Positions 1 to 8,458 of a stretch of 32,243 nucleotides of DNA are shown in pieces. The stretch lies in IMG/VR virus record IMGVR_UViG_3300016476_000270, positions 1 to 32,243 of that record, one strand, 5' to 3'. Made by a program: the position numbers and the translations under genes. The number at the start of each line of letters is the position of its first letter. Position 1 is the first letter of the stretch. The notes under the pieces are model-generated. The model ran no database searches. It had not been told where the DNA came from and worked only from the letters and a program-made list of their open reading frames with translations. The stretch comes from a virus (taxonomy: Duplodnaviria; Caudoviricetes).

Positions 1-1
1 A

Positions 2-14
2 GGTAATTCGCGAC
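2..14 (+). repeat. Left terminal repeat GGTAATTCGCGAC, putative cohesive end (cosN)
   Basis: Identical to 32230-32242; the joined junction reads GGGT-AATTCGCG-ACCC (dyad); about 160 bp upstream of terS, as in lambda. Confidence 0.8.
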
Positions 15-131
15 CCCGAAGTTTGCCTAGAGCCAGACTATTAACATTCAGCTTTTGATTGAAGGAAGCTATCAAGATGTCAGAATATGTAGAACTTTTC
101 TTGTAGAACTAAGGGATCACAGCTGTGAAAG

Positions 132-149
132 TGTTGCTTTTGAACAACA
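132..149. promoter_or_regulatory. Palindromic site TGTTGC-N6-ACAACA (right of cos)
   Basis: TGTTGCTTTTGAACAACA; same architecture as 32169-32186. Confidence 0.5.
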
Positions 150-174
150 AATAATCCACAAAATGTAGAGATTT

Positions 175-711
175 ATGATCGTAAATAAAAGAGAATTAGC
201 GGACATCATAGGAAAATCTGAGGAATGGCTCACTCAGATGCAGAAATTACCTGATTTCCCAGTTCTGGTTAAGAGATTGGGTAGGGGTGGTAGCGACTAC
301 GAAACTAAAGATGTGATCGAGTGGCTAAAGAAGCGAGAGATCGGAAACTATGTAGGCAATACTGATCTTGTAGATATAGACGAAGCTAAGAGAAGAAAAC
401 TGGCAGCTGAAGCATCTCTACAAGAGCTGGAACTAATGAAGGAACAGGGTAAAGTCGTAGAGATCGAGCAAGTGACTAAAGTCTATGCAGAGCAGTTATC
501 GAACTTTAGAGCTAAGATACTCTCGCTACCTACAAAATGTGCAAGTGCTGTATTTACAGCGAAGGATGTCAAAGAAGCTAAAGACATTCTAGAAAACAAT
601 GTCATGGAAGCATTAAATGAATTGGTCGAATTTGGTCAGTCTGAAGCAAGCATCTCTACTGAGGAAATCTCTGGGGATGACAATCGCATCAGTTCTGAAG
701 CCACCACCTAA
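175..711 (+). CDS. terS: Terminase small subunit, lambda Nu1-like
   Basis: N-terminal winged-HTH pattern (VNKRELADIIG...YETKDVIEWL), coiled coil (EAKRRKLAAEASLQELEL), first gene after cos, overlaps terL. Confidence 0.9.
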   Translation: MIVNKRELADIIGKSEEWLTQMQKLPDFPVLVKRLGRGGSDYETKDVIEWLKKREIGNYVGNTDLVDIDEAKRRKLAAEASLQELELMKEQGKVVEIEQVTKVYAEQLSNFRAKILSLPTKCASAVFTAKDVKEAKDILENNVMEALNELVEFGQSEASISTEEISGDDNRISSEATT

Positions 712-2485
712 ACTCACAGTAAGCGAGTGGGCAGACAGTTCTAGAAAGCTGTCACCAGAAGCATCTGCTGAAGCTGGTGGATGGCTGACAAGTCGTGCCG
801 AATACCAGCGTGGAATCATGGATTCTTTTAATGATCCAGATGTCTATCAGATCATTGTGATGAGTTCTGCACAAGTCGGCAAAACTGAGATTTTGAACAA
901 TGTGGTCGGTTATCACATCGATCAAGATCCTAGCCCTATGCTAGTCGTGCAGCCTACTCTCGATATGGCACAGACATGGAGTAAAGACAGGCTTGCACCA
1001 ATGCTGAGAGATACGCCATCACTATCTGGGAAAGTTAAAGATCCTAGAAGTAGAGATTCTGGAAATACCACTCTACACAAGTCTTTTACTGGTGGTCATG
1101 TGACTGCTTGTGGTGCTAATAGCCCTAGCTCTCTGGCATCTAGACCTATTCGTGTAGTGCTCTGCGATGAGGTAGATCGTTATCCAGTATCAGCTGGTAG
1201 TGAGGGTGATCCAGTTACGCTGGCTCGTAAGCGTAGTGCGACCTTCTGGAATCGTAAGTTCGGTATGTTTTCTACACCTACTAACAAGGGTGCAAGCCGA
1301 ATAGAAGCATCATTTTTAGAATCAGATCAGCGATATTACTATGTGCCTTGTGCTCATTGTGGTGAAAAACAGATCCTAAAGTGGGCAAATGTTCATTGGG
1401 ATGAAGGTAAGCCACATACAGCTAAGTATGTCTGCCCTGAGTGCGGTGGCGTGTGGACTGAAGCTGATCGTGTGAGAGCTATTCGTCATGGCGAATGGAA
1501 AGCTCATGCTGAATTTAGAGGGATCGCTGGATTTCACATCTCAGCACTTTATAGCCCTTGGACTATGCTACATGAAGGCGTGGCAGATTTTCTAGAAGCC
1601 AGAAAACAGCCAGCAACTCTGCGAGTATGGGTAAATACTTATCTGGGTGAAACATGGGAAGAACAAGGTGAATCTGTAGATGATTATCAAGTGGCTGAAA
1701 GGCGAGAAGATTGGGGTGATAAGCTACCTAAAGAAGTCGTTTTACTCACAGCTGGCGTGGATGTGCAAGATGATCGTTTAGAAGTCGAAGTAGTCGGCTG
1801 GGGTAGAGATGAAGAAAGCTGGTCTATAGACTATCGAACTCTCTGGGGTGATCCATCTAGCCCTACTGTATGGCACGATCTTGATAACATATTGAATCAG
1901 CAATTTGATCACGAGCTAGGGATTACCCTAAGTATTCGCTGTGCGTGTATCGATTCTGGTGGTCATCATACGAATTCAGTCTATAACTATGTGCGACCAA
2001 GAGAAGGCAAGCGGATTTTTGCGATCAAAGGTGTGGGTGGTGCTGGTAAACCGATTGTAGGCAGACCTTCTACAAATAACATCGGCAAAATTAAACTATT
2101 CCCAGTAGGCGTAGATACTGCGAAAGACTTATTATTCTCTAGATTAAAGATTACGACTGAGGGTGCTGGCTATTGTCACTTCCCTATAGATAGACCAGAT
2201 GAGTATTTCAAGCAACTCACAGCTGAAAAAGTAGTCACAAAGTATCATAAGGGTTTTGCTCGTAGAGAATATGTAAAGACCAGACCTAGAAACGAAGCAC
2301 TCGATATGCGAGTGTATGCGATGGCTGCTTTCTCGATCTTGAACCTAAATATCAATTCTCTAGCCAATAAATTTATGAGAAATCGAGAAGAAAATATAGA
2401 ATCAATGCCAGAGAATACAAATAAACCAGCGGTAACTAGAAAAACACCAGCCAGAAATTCGTCTTTTGTGAATGGCTGGCGTTAA
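617..2485 (+). CDS. terL: Terminase large subunit, lambda GpA family (start uncertain, 617 or 677)
   Basis: TVSEWAD, Walker A SSAQVGKTE, Walker B VLCDEVD, CAHC/CPEC zinc motif, nuclease motifs AGVDVQ, IDSGG, RNEALD. Confidence 0.97.
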   Translation: MNWSNLVSLKQASLLRKSLGMTIASVLKPPPKLTVSEWADSSRKLSPEASAEAGGWLTSRAEYQRGIMDSFNDPDVYQIIVMSSAQVGKTEILNNVVGYHIDQDPSPMLVVQPTLDMAQTWSKDRLAPMLRDTPSLSGKVKDPRSRDSGNTTLHKSFTGGHVTACGANSPSSLASRPIRVVLCDEVDRYPVSAGSEGDPVTLARKRSATFWNRKFGMFSTPTNKGASRIEASFLESDQRYYYVPCAHCGEKQILKWANVHWDEGKPHTAKYVCPECGGVWTEADRVRAIRHGEWKAHAEFRGIAGFHISALYSPWTMLHEGVADFLEARKQPATLRVWVNTYLGETWEEQGESVDDYQVAERREDWGDKLPKEVVLLTAGVDVQDDRLEVEVVGWGRDEESWSIDYRTLWGDPSSPTVWHDLDNILNQQFDHELGITLSIRCACIDSGGHHTNSVYNYVRPREGKRIFAIKGVGGAGKPIVGRPSTNNIGKIKLFPVGVDTAKDLLFSRLKITTEGAGYCHFPIDRPDEYFKQLTAEKVVTKYHKGFARREYVKTRPRNEALDMRVYAMAAFSILNLNINSLANKFMRNREENIESMPENTNKPAVTRKTPARNSSFVNGWR

Positions 2486-2515
2486 ACTTAGAATAATTTA
2501 ATAGAGGTAAAAGTC

Positions 2516-3106
2516 TTGAATAACTTATTCGACATAGCCAATGCACTACAGACCGAACCAGAAAAAGTGGTAGTAGGTGATTTTATTCAATGGCAGCGAG
2601 CAGATTTATCAGCTGTCTATGATCCTACGCTATACGATCTAACCTATGTAGCTCGCATCACAGGTGGTGGCAGCACAGAAGTGCAAGTCACTTGCACATC
2701 AGTTAATGGTATTTTTACTGCCACAGTTCTTAGCACTACTTCAGATGATTTTGTGGCTGGTTTTTATCATTGGCAAGCTGAAATCAAGCGTAAATCTGAT
2801 AATGAACGCATCGTAGTAGATCGTGGCTACTTTGAAGCTGTAGCTGATCTCGATGTTAATGGTGCAGATCCTAGAAGCCATGCAGAAATCATGGTCGATA
2901 AGATCGAAAGCCTATTAGAAGGTAAGGCTGATGCTGATGTAGCTAATTATTCTGTAGCTGGTCGTTCACTTACTAAGATGTCTTTCGCAGAACTTGTAGA
3001 AGCTCGTGATTACTATAAAGCCGAATACAATAAGCAGCTAAGAGATGAAAGAATTCGTAGAGGTAAGGCTACTGGTGCAACTGTTAAAGTAAGGTTTACT
3101 AACTAA
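2516..3106 (+). CDS. Head completion protein, gpW-like C-terminus with extra N-terminal beta-rich domain
   Basis: Lies between terL and portal; C-terminal YSVAGRSLTKMSFAELVEARDYYKAE resembles gpW; TTG start preceded by AGAGGT SD. Confidence 0.7.
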   Translation: MNNLFDIANALQTEPEKVVVGDFIQWQRADLSAVYDPTLYDLTYVARITGGGSTEVQVTCTSVNGIFTATVLSTTSDDFVAGFYHWQAEIKRKSDNERIVVDRGYFEAVADLDVNGADPRSHAEIMVDKIESLLEGKADADVANYSVAGRSLTKMSFAELVEARDYYKAEYNKQLRDERIRRGKATGATVKVRFTN

Positions 3107-4773
3107 TGGCTATCCTAGATTTTTTTAAGCGTAAAGCTACTAAAACCATCACCAAGCGTAACTATGCTGGTGCGAATCAAGGTCGATTATTTGCTGACTT
3201 TGTAACTTCTTCTAAATCACCAGATGCTGAAATAAGCCCAGCGATTGTCACTCTACGAAATCGATGCAGAGATCTAGCTAGAAATAACGAGTATGCGAAA
3301 CGATTTATTAGTCTTTTGAAGGCTAATGTGGTCGGTGAAACTGGCGTAAATATTCAAGTTAAGGCTAGATTATCTAATGCTGGCGGTTTTGATAATGTTG
3401 GTAACTCGATTGTAGAAACTGGATGGGCTAACTGGGGTAAATTAGGTAATTGCACAGTAGATGGAAAGATGTCATGGCTTGATGCACAGCGTATGTTTAT
3501 CGAATGTCTAGCTCGTGATGGTGAAGTTCTGATCAAAAAGGTTAGGAATTACGCTAATAAGGATGGTTTTGCTCTACAGTTTATCGAGCCAGATCTACTA
3601 GATGATAAATATACGACTACTCTACCTGATGGATCTCAGATCCGTATGGGCGTAGAAGTAGATAAATATGGCAGACCTACTGCTTATCACATCCTAAATG
3701 CACATCCATACGATCTGCAATATGCTACTGCGATGAATACTCAGCGTGTGCGAGTGCCAGCTGACGATATCATTCATATATTCATGCAAGAGAGAGCTGG
3801 TCAATCTCGTGGTGTGCCTATGATGGCTACTGCAATCAGCTCATTAAAAATGCTTGCTGGTTATCGTGAAGCAGAACTCGTGGCTGCTCGTGTTGGTGCA
3901 TCTAAGATGGGATTTTTCACTAGCCCAGAGGGTGATGGCTTTACTGGTGATGGCATGGAAGATGAATATGTGCCAATTATGGAAGCTGCACCAGCGACTT
4001 TCCACCAATTACCTAAAGGCGTAGATTTCAAAGCCTTCGATCCTACACATCCACCTACTGCTTTCGCTGATTTTGAAAAAGCTATTTTGCGTGGTATTGC
4101 ATCTGGTTTAGGCGTTTCGTATAACTCTCTATCTAACGATCTAGAGGGTGTATCTTATTCTTCTATTCGTCAAGGCACATTAGAAGATCGAGATCATTAC
4201 AAAACATTACAGCAATTTATGATCCAGCACTTTGTAGAGCCTATTTTTAGAGAATGGCTAACTATGGCTATGACGAAGGCATCTATCAATCTACCGATTA
4301 CTCGTTTTGACAAGTTCGCAGATGCAACATCATTCAGACCTAGAGGATTTAACTGGGTTGATCCACTAAAAGAGATTAACGCAGCTGTGGTCGGTCTAGA
4401 GAATGGCATTTTATCTATGCAAGATGTGGCTAATCAATATGGGCGTGATATCGAGGAAACATTCGACCAGATCTCTCGTGAAAAAGAGATGGCGAAACAG
4501 TTTGGCATTAGTTTTGCCTTCGAGCCATTCGGTCAAAAGCTACCAGCTAATCCACAGGTAGTAAATCCACAAGATGATCAGGTTCAAGAGCCACAGCCAC
4601 AAGCAAGAACTGAGCAAGTAATCAATTTGAATCCAGAATTCATAGTTAAATCTGATCCTATTGAGTTAAATTTGAACCTAAAACATGATGACAAGCCTAC
4701 TCGTAGCAGAAAAATCACATTAGTTCGTGGTGCGAATGGTGCTGTAATCGGTGCTGAATCTATTGAGGAATAA
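3106..4773 (+). CDS. Portal protein, lambda gpB family
   Basis: LRNRCRDLARNN, RDGEVL, GVEVDKYGRPTAYH, RAGQSRGVP, VSYSSIRQG, WVDPLKE motifs. Confidence 0.96.
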   Translation: MAILDFFKRKATKTITKRNYAGANQGRLFADFVTSSKSPDAEISPAIVTLRNRCRDLARNNEYAKRFISLLKANVVGETGVNIQVKARLSNAGGFDNVGNSIVETGWANWGKLGNCTVDGKMSWLDAQRMFIECLARDGEVLIKKVRNYANKDGFALQFIEPDLLDDKYTTTLPDGSQIRMGVEVDKYGRPTAYHILNAHPYDLQYATAMNTQRVRVPADDIIHIFMQERAGQSRGVPMMATAISSLKMLAGYREAELVAARVGASKMGFFTSPEGDGFTGDGMEDEYVPIMEAAPATFHQLPKGVDFKAFDPTHPPTAFADFEKAILRGIASGLGVSYNSLSNDLEGVSYSSIRQGTLEDRDHYKTLQQFMIQHFVEPIFREWLTMAMTKASINLPITRFDKFADATSFRPRGFNWVDPLKEINAAVVGLENGILSMQDVANQYGRDIEETFDQISREKEMAKQFGISFAFEPFGQKLPANPQVVNPQDDQVQEPQPQARTEQVINLNPEFIVKSDPIELNLNLKHDDKPTRSRKITLVRGANGAVIGAESIEE

Positions 4774-4775
4774 GA

Positions 4776-5189
4776 ATGGCGATCACTACTACCCTATGTA
4801 ATAGCTACAAGCAAGAGGTTTTAGAGGGCGTTCACTCGTCAGCTGATACCTATAAACTAGCTCTTTATACAGATGCAGCGACTTTAGGTGCTGCTACTAC
4901 TGCCTATTCTGCAACTAATGAGGTGGAAGGCACAGGATATACAGCTGGTGGCGTGGAATTGTCAGGATTTACTAGCGGATTATCAGGTAGCACAGGATAT
5001 GTAACTTTTACAGATCCAGCGATTGCTAATGCGACTATTACTGCTCGTGGCTGCTTAGTTTATAACTCATCTAAATCTAATAAAGCTGTAGCGGTTTATG
5101 ATTTTGGTGGAAATATCACTAGCACGAATGGCACATTCACTATCGATCTGCCAGCTGCTGGTGCATCAGCTTTAATTAGAATCGCATGA
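4776..5189 (+). CDS. Putative virion structural protein (beta-rich, A/T/G/S-rich)
   Basis: 137-aa ORF with GAGG SD, TYKLALYT and NEVEGTGYTAGG motifs typical of uncharacterised virion proteins; in the head module. Confidence 0.65.
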   Translation: MAITTTLCNSYKQEVLEGVHSSADTYKLALYTDAATLGAATTAYSATNEVEGTGYTAGGVELSGFTSGLSGSTGYVTFTDPAIANATITARGCLVYNSSKSNKAVAVYDFGGNITSTNGTFTIDLPAAGASALIRIA

Positions 5190-5857
5190 TTTTATTTGAT
5201 TCAGTTACTGGTCTATTCGATGATGCCTATGGCTTATTCGATGATGCTGGCGTTCTAAATGCCACAGCCACAGTAACTGGAGTATCAGCTACTGGATCTG
5301 TAGCTACTATCTCTGCAAGCGGTCAAGCTAAAGCGACTGTATCTGGAGTGCAAGGTAGCGGATCTGTAGCAATTCTGCCAGTTTATGCTGGATCAAGCGT
5401 AGCGGTATCTGGTGCTCAATCTTCAGCAGCTACTGGATCAGTCGTGGCATATGGAAATTCAGTAGCACAAGTATCTGGAGTAGAAGCCACAGGATCATCT
5501 GGCACTATATCTAGTGTTGGTAACGCTACAGGTAGTGTATCTGGTGCATCTGCTACTGGATCAGCTGGCACAGTAACTGCTACAGGTAATGAGCCACAGC
5601 CACAGCCAGCACCTATTATGGCTGGTGGTAACTTTAGACCTATGCCATTTATCGGTGTGCATATTGATGCAGTCGCAAAAGTTATAGGTGTAGAAGCCAA
5701 AGCAGAAGCTGGTAAGGTTAATGCTTATGGCGTGATCAGCATCGATGCGAAAGCTATCGTAACTGGTGCAGAAGTTAAGGCAGAATCTGGGCAGATCGCA
5801 GCATCTGGTATCCAGAATCTACAAGATGAAGAATGGCTAATTTTACTGGCAGCTTAA
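5186..5857 (+). CDS. Putative head fibre/decoration protein, G/S/A/T/V-rich repeats
   Basis: ATGA-coupled to the upstream gene; repeated V[ST]GV[SEQ]ATGS units, N-terminal FDxxxGL repeats, acidic-hydrophobic C-terminus DEEWLILLAA. Confidence 0.6.
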   Translation: MILFDSVTGLFDDAYGLFDDAGVLNATATVTGVSATGSVATISASGQAKATVSGVQGSGSVAILPVYAGSSVAVSGAQSSAATGSVVAYGNSVAQVSGVEATGSSGTISSVGNATGSVSGASATGSAGTVTATGNEPQPQPAPIMAGGNFRPMPFIGVHIDAVAKVIGVEAKAEAGKVNAYGVISIDAKAIVTGAEVKAESGQIAASGIQNLQDEEWLILLAA

Positions 5858-5858
5858 T

Positions 5859-8414
5859 ATGACTACTTATAAAGGCGTAGAGATCAATACAATTCCTACA
5901 GATGCGATGGCTGAAGAAGCTGATCGTGGTCTGAAGTGGCGTGATGAATTTGGTCGTGGTGGCACAGAAATAGGTGTAGCCAGAGCTAGGGATATTATCA
6001 ATAAAAGAGAATTATCTGCTGATACGATTCGTAGAATGATCAGTTATTTTGCTAGACATAAAGTAGATAAAGAAGCTGAAGGTTTTAGACATGGCGAACA
6101 AGGTTATCCTAGTGCTGGCAGAATTGCATGGGCATTATGGGGTGGTGATGTCGGTAAGACATGGGCAGAATCTAAGGGGAAAACTATGGACAGAATAGAC
6201 GAAGAATCTCGTTCTTATGACGAAAGACCTTATCCGAATGAACACGCAGCCAGATTAAAAGATCCTAGCCAATATGATTCTTTTGCCAGAAAGAATAACG
6301 AAGGTGGTGATGGAATCGACTTTATTTATGGCATTAAAGATGGCGTTTCAGAAATTCAAGCCATCAGATTTGACAAAACAAAATATAGCGTTGATGATGC
6401 TAAAAAGTGGTTAAAAGAACACGATTTTAGCCCTATTGAATTCGAAGAAGCGAGTGAAAGAATGGAACAAAAACGACATATTCAGTCAGTAATGGAAACA
6501 GAGGATTCTGTCATTATTGCCTTCGCTAAAGAAAAAATGGAAGATGAGCACCAAGAGCCACCAGAAGGATCTACTGAGGATGTATCAGAAGATTTAGCTG
6601 AAGGCTATGTAGAAGCTCGTAAAACTCAGGATTTGACTACTCGTGCTGACGATATGATGGCTGAAGCTATCGATGATCGTAGAGTGCGTATGGCTATCAG
6701 CTCTGAAACTCCAGTAGAACGCAGTTTCGGTGCTGAGATCCTAGATCATTCACAAGAATCTATCGATTTGAGTTTCTTGAACTCAGGTCGTGCACCACTC
6801 TTACTGGATCACGATCCAGAAAAGCAGATCGGTGTAATCGAATCCGTAGATCTCGATGGATCAGCTCGAAGATTAAGAGCTGTAGTGCGTTTTGGAAAAG
6901 GCGAACTAGCTAACGAGGTTTATGGTGATGTGACTGATGGTATTCGTGGAAATGTTTCCATTGGGTATCGTGTAGGTCGCATGGAAAAAGCAGATAGCAA
7001 TTCATATCGTGTGAAAAGCTGGATGCCGATGGAAGTTTCTGTAGTGTCTATACCAGCCGATGTGACAGTCGGAGTAGGGCGTTCTGCAACTTCTTCACAA
7101 AATCAATCTTTAAATCAATCAATTTCTGTAAAGGAAAATAAAATGGATCAAAATCTAGAAGCGGTAAAAGATGCTGCTCGTGAAGAAGCTGCAAAAAGTT
7201 TCCAGCGTAACGCATCTGAAATCTTGGCATTGGCAGCTCGTCACAATCAGCGTGATCTAGCTAACAAAGCTATTTCTGAAGGTATGAGCATCGAGCAATT
7301 CCGCGGTGCATTGTTAGAAAAATTGTCTGACAAGCCTATCGAAACTACAGACATCGGTATGAACCAAAAAGAAGTTCGTCAGTATTCATTGATGAACGCT
7401 ATTCGCGGTGCAGCTACTGGTCGTTTATCAGGTTTCGAAGCTGAAGTTAGCCAAGAATTGGCTCGTAAGTATGGTAAAGAAGCTCGTGGTTTCTATGTGC
7501 CTACTGACATTTTCAAGCGTGACATCACTAAGACTTTGCCATCTGGTGCTGGTGGTAGCAATTTAGTAGCTACTGACTTGTTAGGCGGTGACTTTATCGA
7601 TGCACTTCGTGCTAAGTTAGTTATCTCTAGCCTTGGTGCTCGCATGATGTCAGGTCTTAAGGGTAATGTGGCAATTCCAGCATTGAACGCTAAGACTTCT
7701 GTAGGTTTCGTGGCTGAAAACGCTGCACCAGCTTCTGAAGGTGCACCATCTTTCCGTCAGGTTACTATGTCACCTAAGAGCCTTGTGCAATATGTTGATA
7801 TTGGTCGCACATTGATGTATCAATCAGATCCTTCTGTAGAAGCTGTGATTCGTGATGACATGATGCGTCAGTTTGCTGCTAAGATTGACGAAGTAGCAAT
7901 CGAAGGCGGTGGCACATCTGAGCCTACAGGTATCTTGGGCACATCAGGCATCGGCTCTGTAGCTGGTGGCACGAATGGTGCACAGATCACTTACTCTAAC
8001 TTGGTAGCATTGGAACGCGAAGTAGCTATCGATAACGCATTAGCTGGTAACTTGGCTTTCTTAACGAATCCTAAAGTAATCGCTAAGATGCGTTCTACAG
8101 CTCGTCAATCATCTGGTGTAGAAGGTAACTTCATCCTTAACGACAGCAATACTTTGTTGGGTTATCGTGTTGAATCTACTACATTAGTTCCATCTGATTT
8201 GACTAAAGGCACAGCATCAGGCACTTGCTCTGCTGTGATCTTCGGTAACTTCAGCGAATTGATGATCGGTATGTTCGGTGGTTTAGACATCTTGGTAGAT
8301 CCATACACAGGTTCTGCTACTGGTGCAACTCGTATCGCTATGTATCAAGATGTTGATGTGGCGGTTCGTCACGCTGAATCTTTCGCAGCGATTAAAGATG
8401 TATTGACTACCTAA
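5859..8414 (+). CDS. Fusion: two N-terminal unknown domains + HK97-type prohead protease + HK97-fold major capsid protein
   Basis: Protease motifs SSETPVER, PLLLDHD, VSIGYRV, EVSVVSIPAD; capsid motifs FVAENAA, EPTGIL, IFGNFS, ILVDPYT, DVAVRHAESF. Confidence 0.93.
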   Translation: MTTYKGVEINTIPTDAMAEEADRGLKWRDEFGRGGTEIGVARARDIINKRELSADTIRRMISYFARHKVDKEAEGFRHGEQGYPSAGRIAWALWGGDVGKTWAESKGKTMDRIDEESRSYDERPYPNEHAARLKDPSQYDSFARKNNEGGDGIDFIYGIKDGVSEIQAIRFDKTKYSVDDAKKWLKEHDFSPIEFEEASERMEQKRHIQSVMETEDSVIIAFAKEKMEDEHQEPPEGSTEDVSEDLAEGYVEARKTQDLTTRADDMMAEAIDDRRVRMAISSETPVERSFGAEILDHSQESIDLSFLNSGRAPLLLDHDPEKQIGVIESVDLDGSARRLRAVVRFGKGELANEVYGDVTDGIRGNVSIGYRVGRMEKADSNSYRVKSWMPMEVSVVSIPADVTVGVGRSATSSQNQSLNQSISVKENKMDQNLEAVKDAAREEAAKSFQRNASEILALAARHNQRDLANKAISEGMSIEQFRGALLEKLSDKPIETTDIGMNQKEVRQYSLMNAIRGAATGRLSGFEAEVSQELARKYGKEARGFYVPTDIFKRDITKTLPSGAGGSNLVATDLLGGDFIDALRAKLVISSLGARMMSGLKGNVAIPALNAKTSVGFVAENAAPASEGAPSFRQVTMSPKSLVQYVDIGRTLMYQSDPSVEAVIRDDMMRQFAAKIDEVAIEGGGTSEPTGILGTSGIGSVAGGTNGAQITYSNLVALEREVAIDNALAGNLAFLTNPKVIAKMRSTARQSSGVEGNFILNDSNTLLGYRVESTTLVPSDLTKGTASGTCSAVIFGNFSELMIGMFGGLDILVDPYTGSATGATRIAMYQDVDVAVRHAESFAAIKDVLTT
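7143..8414 (+). CDS. Major capsid protein from nested in-frame start (MDQNLEAVK...)
   Basis: AT-rich leader and AAGGA SD (7131-7135) before an in-frame ATG at 7143, right after the protease domain. Confidence 0.7.
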   Translation: MDQNLEAVKDAAREEAAKSFQRNASEILALAARHNQRDLANKAISEGMSIEQFRGALLEKLSDKPIETTDIGMNQKEVRQYSLMNAIRGAATGRLSGFEAEVSQELARKYGKEARGFYVPTDIFKRDITKTLPSGAGGSNLVATDLLGGDFIDALRAKLVISSLGARMMSGLKGNVAIPALNAKTSVGFVAENAAPASEGAPSFRQVTMSPKSLVQYVDIGRTLMYQSDPSVEAVIRDDMMRQFAAKIDEVAIEGGGTSEPTGILGTSGIGSVAGGTNGAQITYSNLVALEREVAIDNALAGNLAFLTNPKVIAKMRSTARQSSGVEGNFILNDSNTLLGYRVESTTLVPSDLTKGTASGTCSAVIFGNFSELMIGMFGGLDILVDPYTGSATGATRIAMYQDVDVAVRHAESFAAIKDVLTT

Positions 8415-8428
8415 TCGTGAAGTGATTT

Positions 8429-8456
8429 GAAGGGCAGTAAAATGCCCTTCTTTTTT
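8429..8456 (+). terminator. Rho-independent terminator after major capsid gene
   Basis: GAAGGGCA-GTAAAA-TGCCCTTC perfect 8-bp stem followed by TTTTTT. Confidence 0.9.
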
Positions 8457-8458
8457 CT

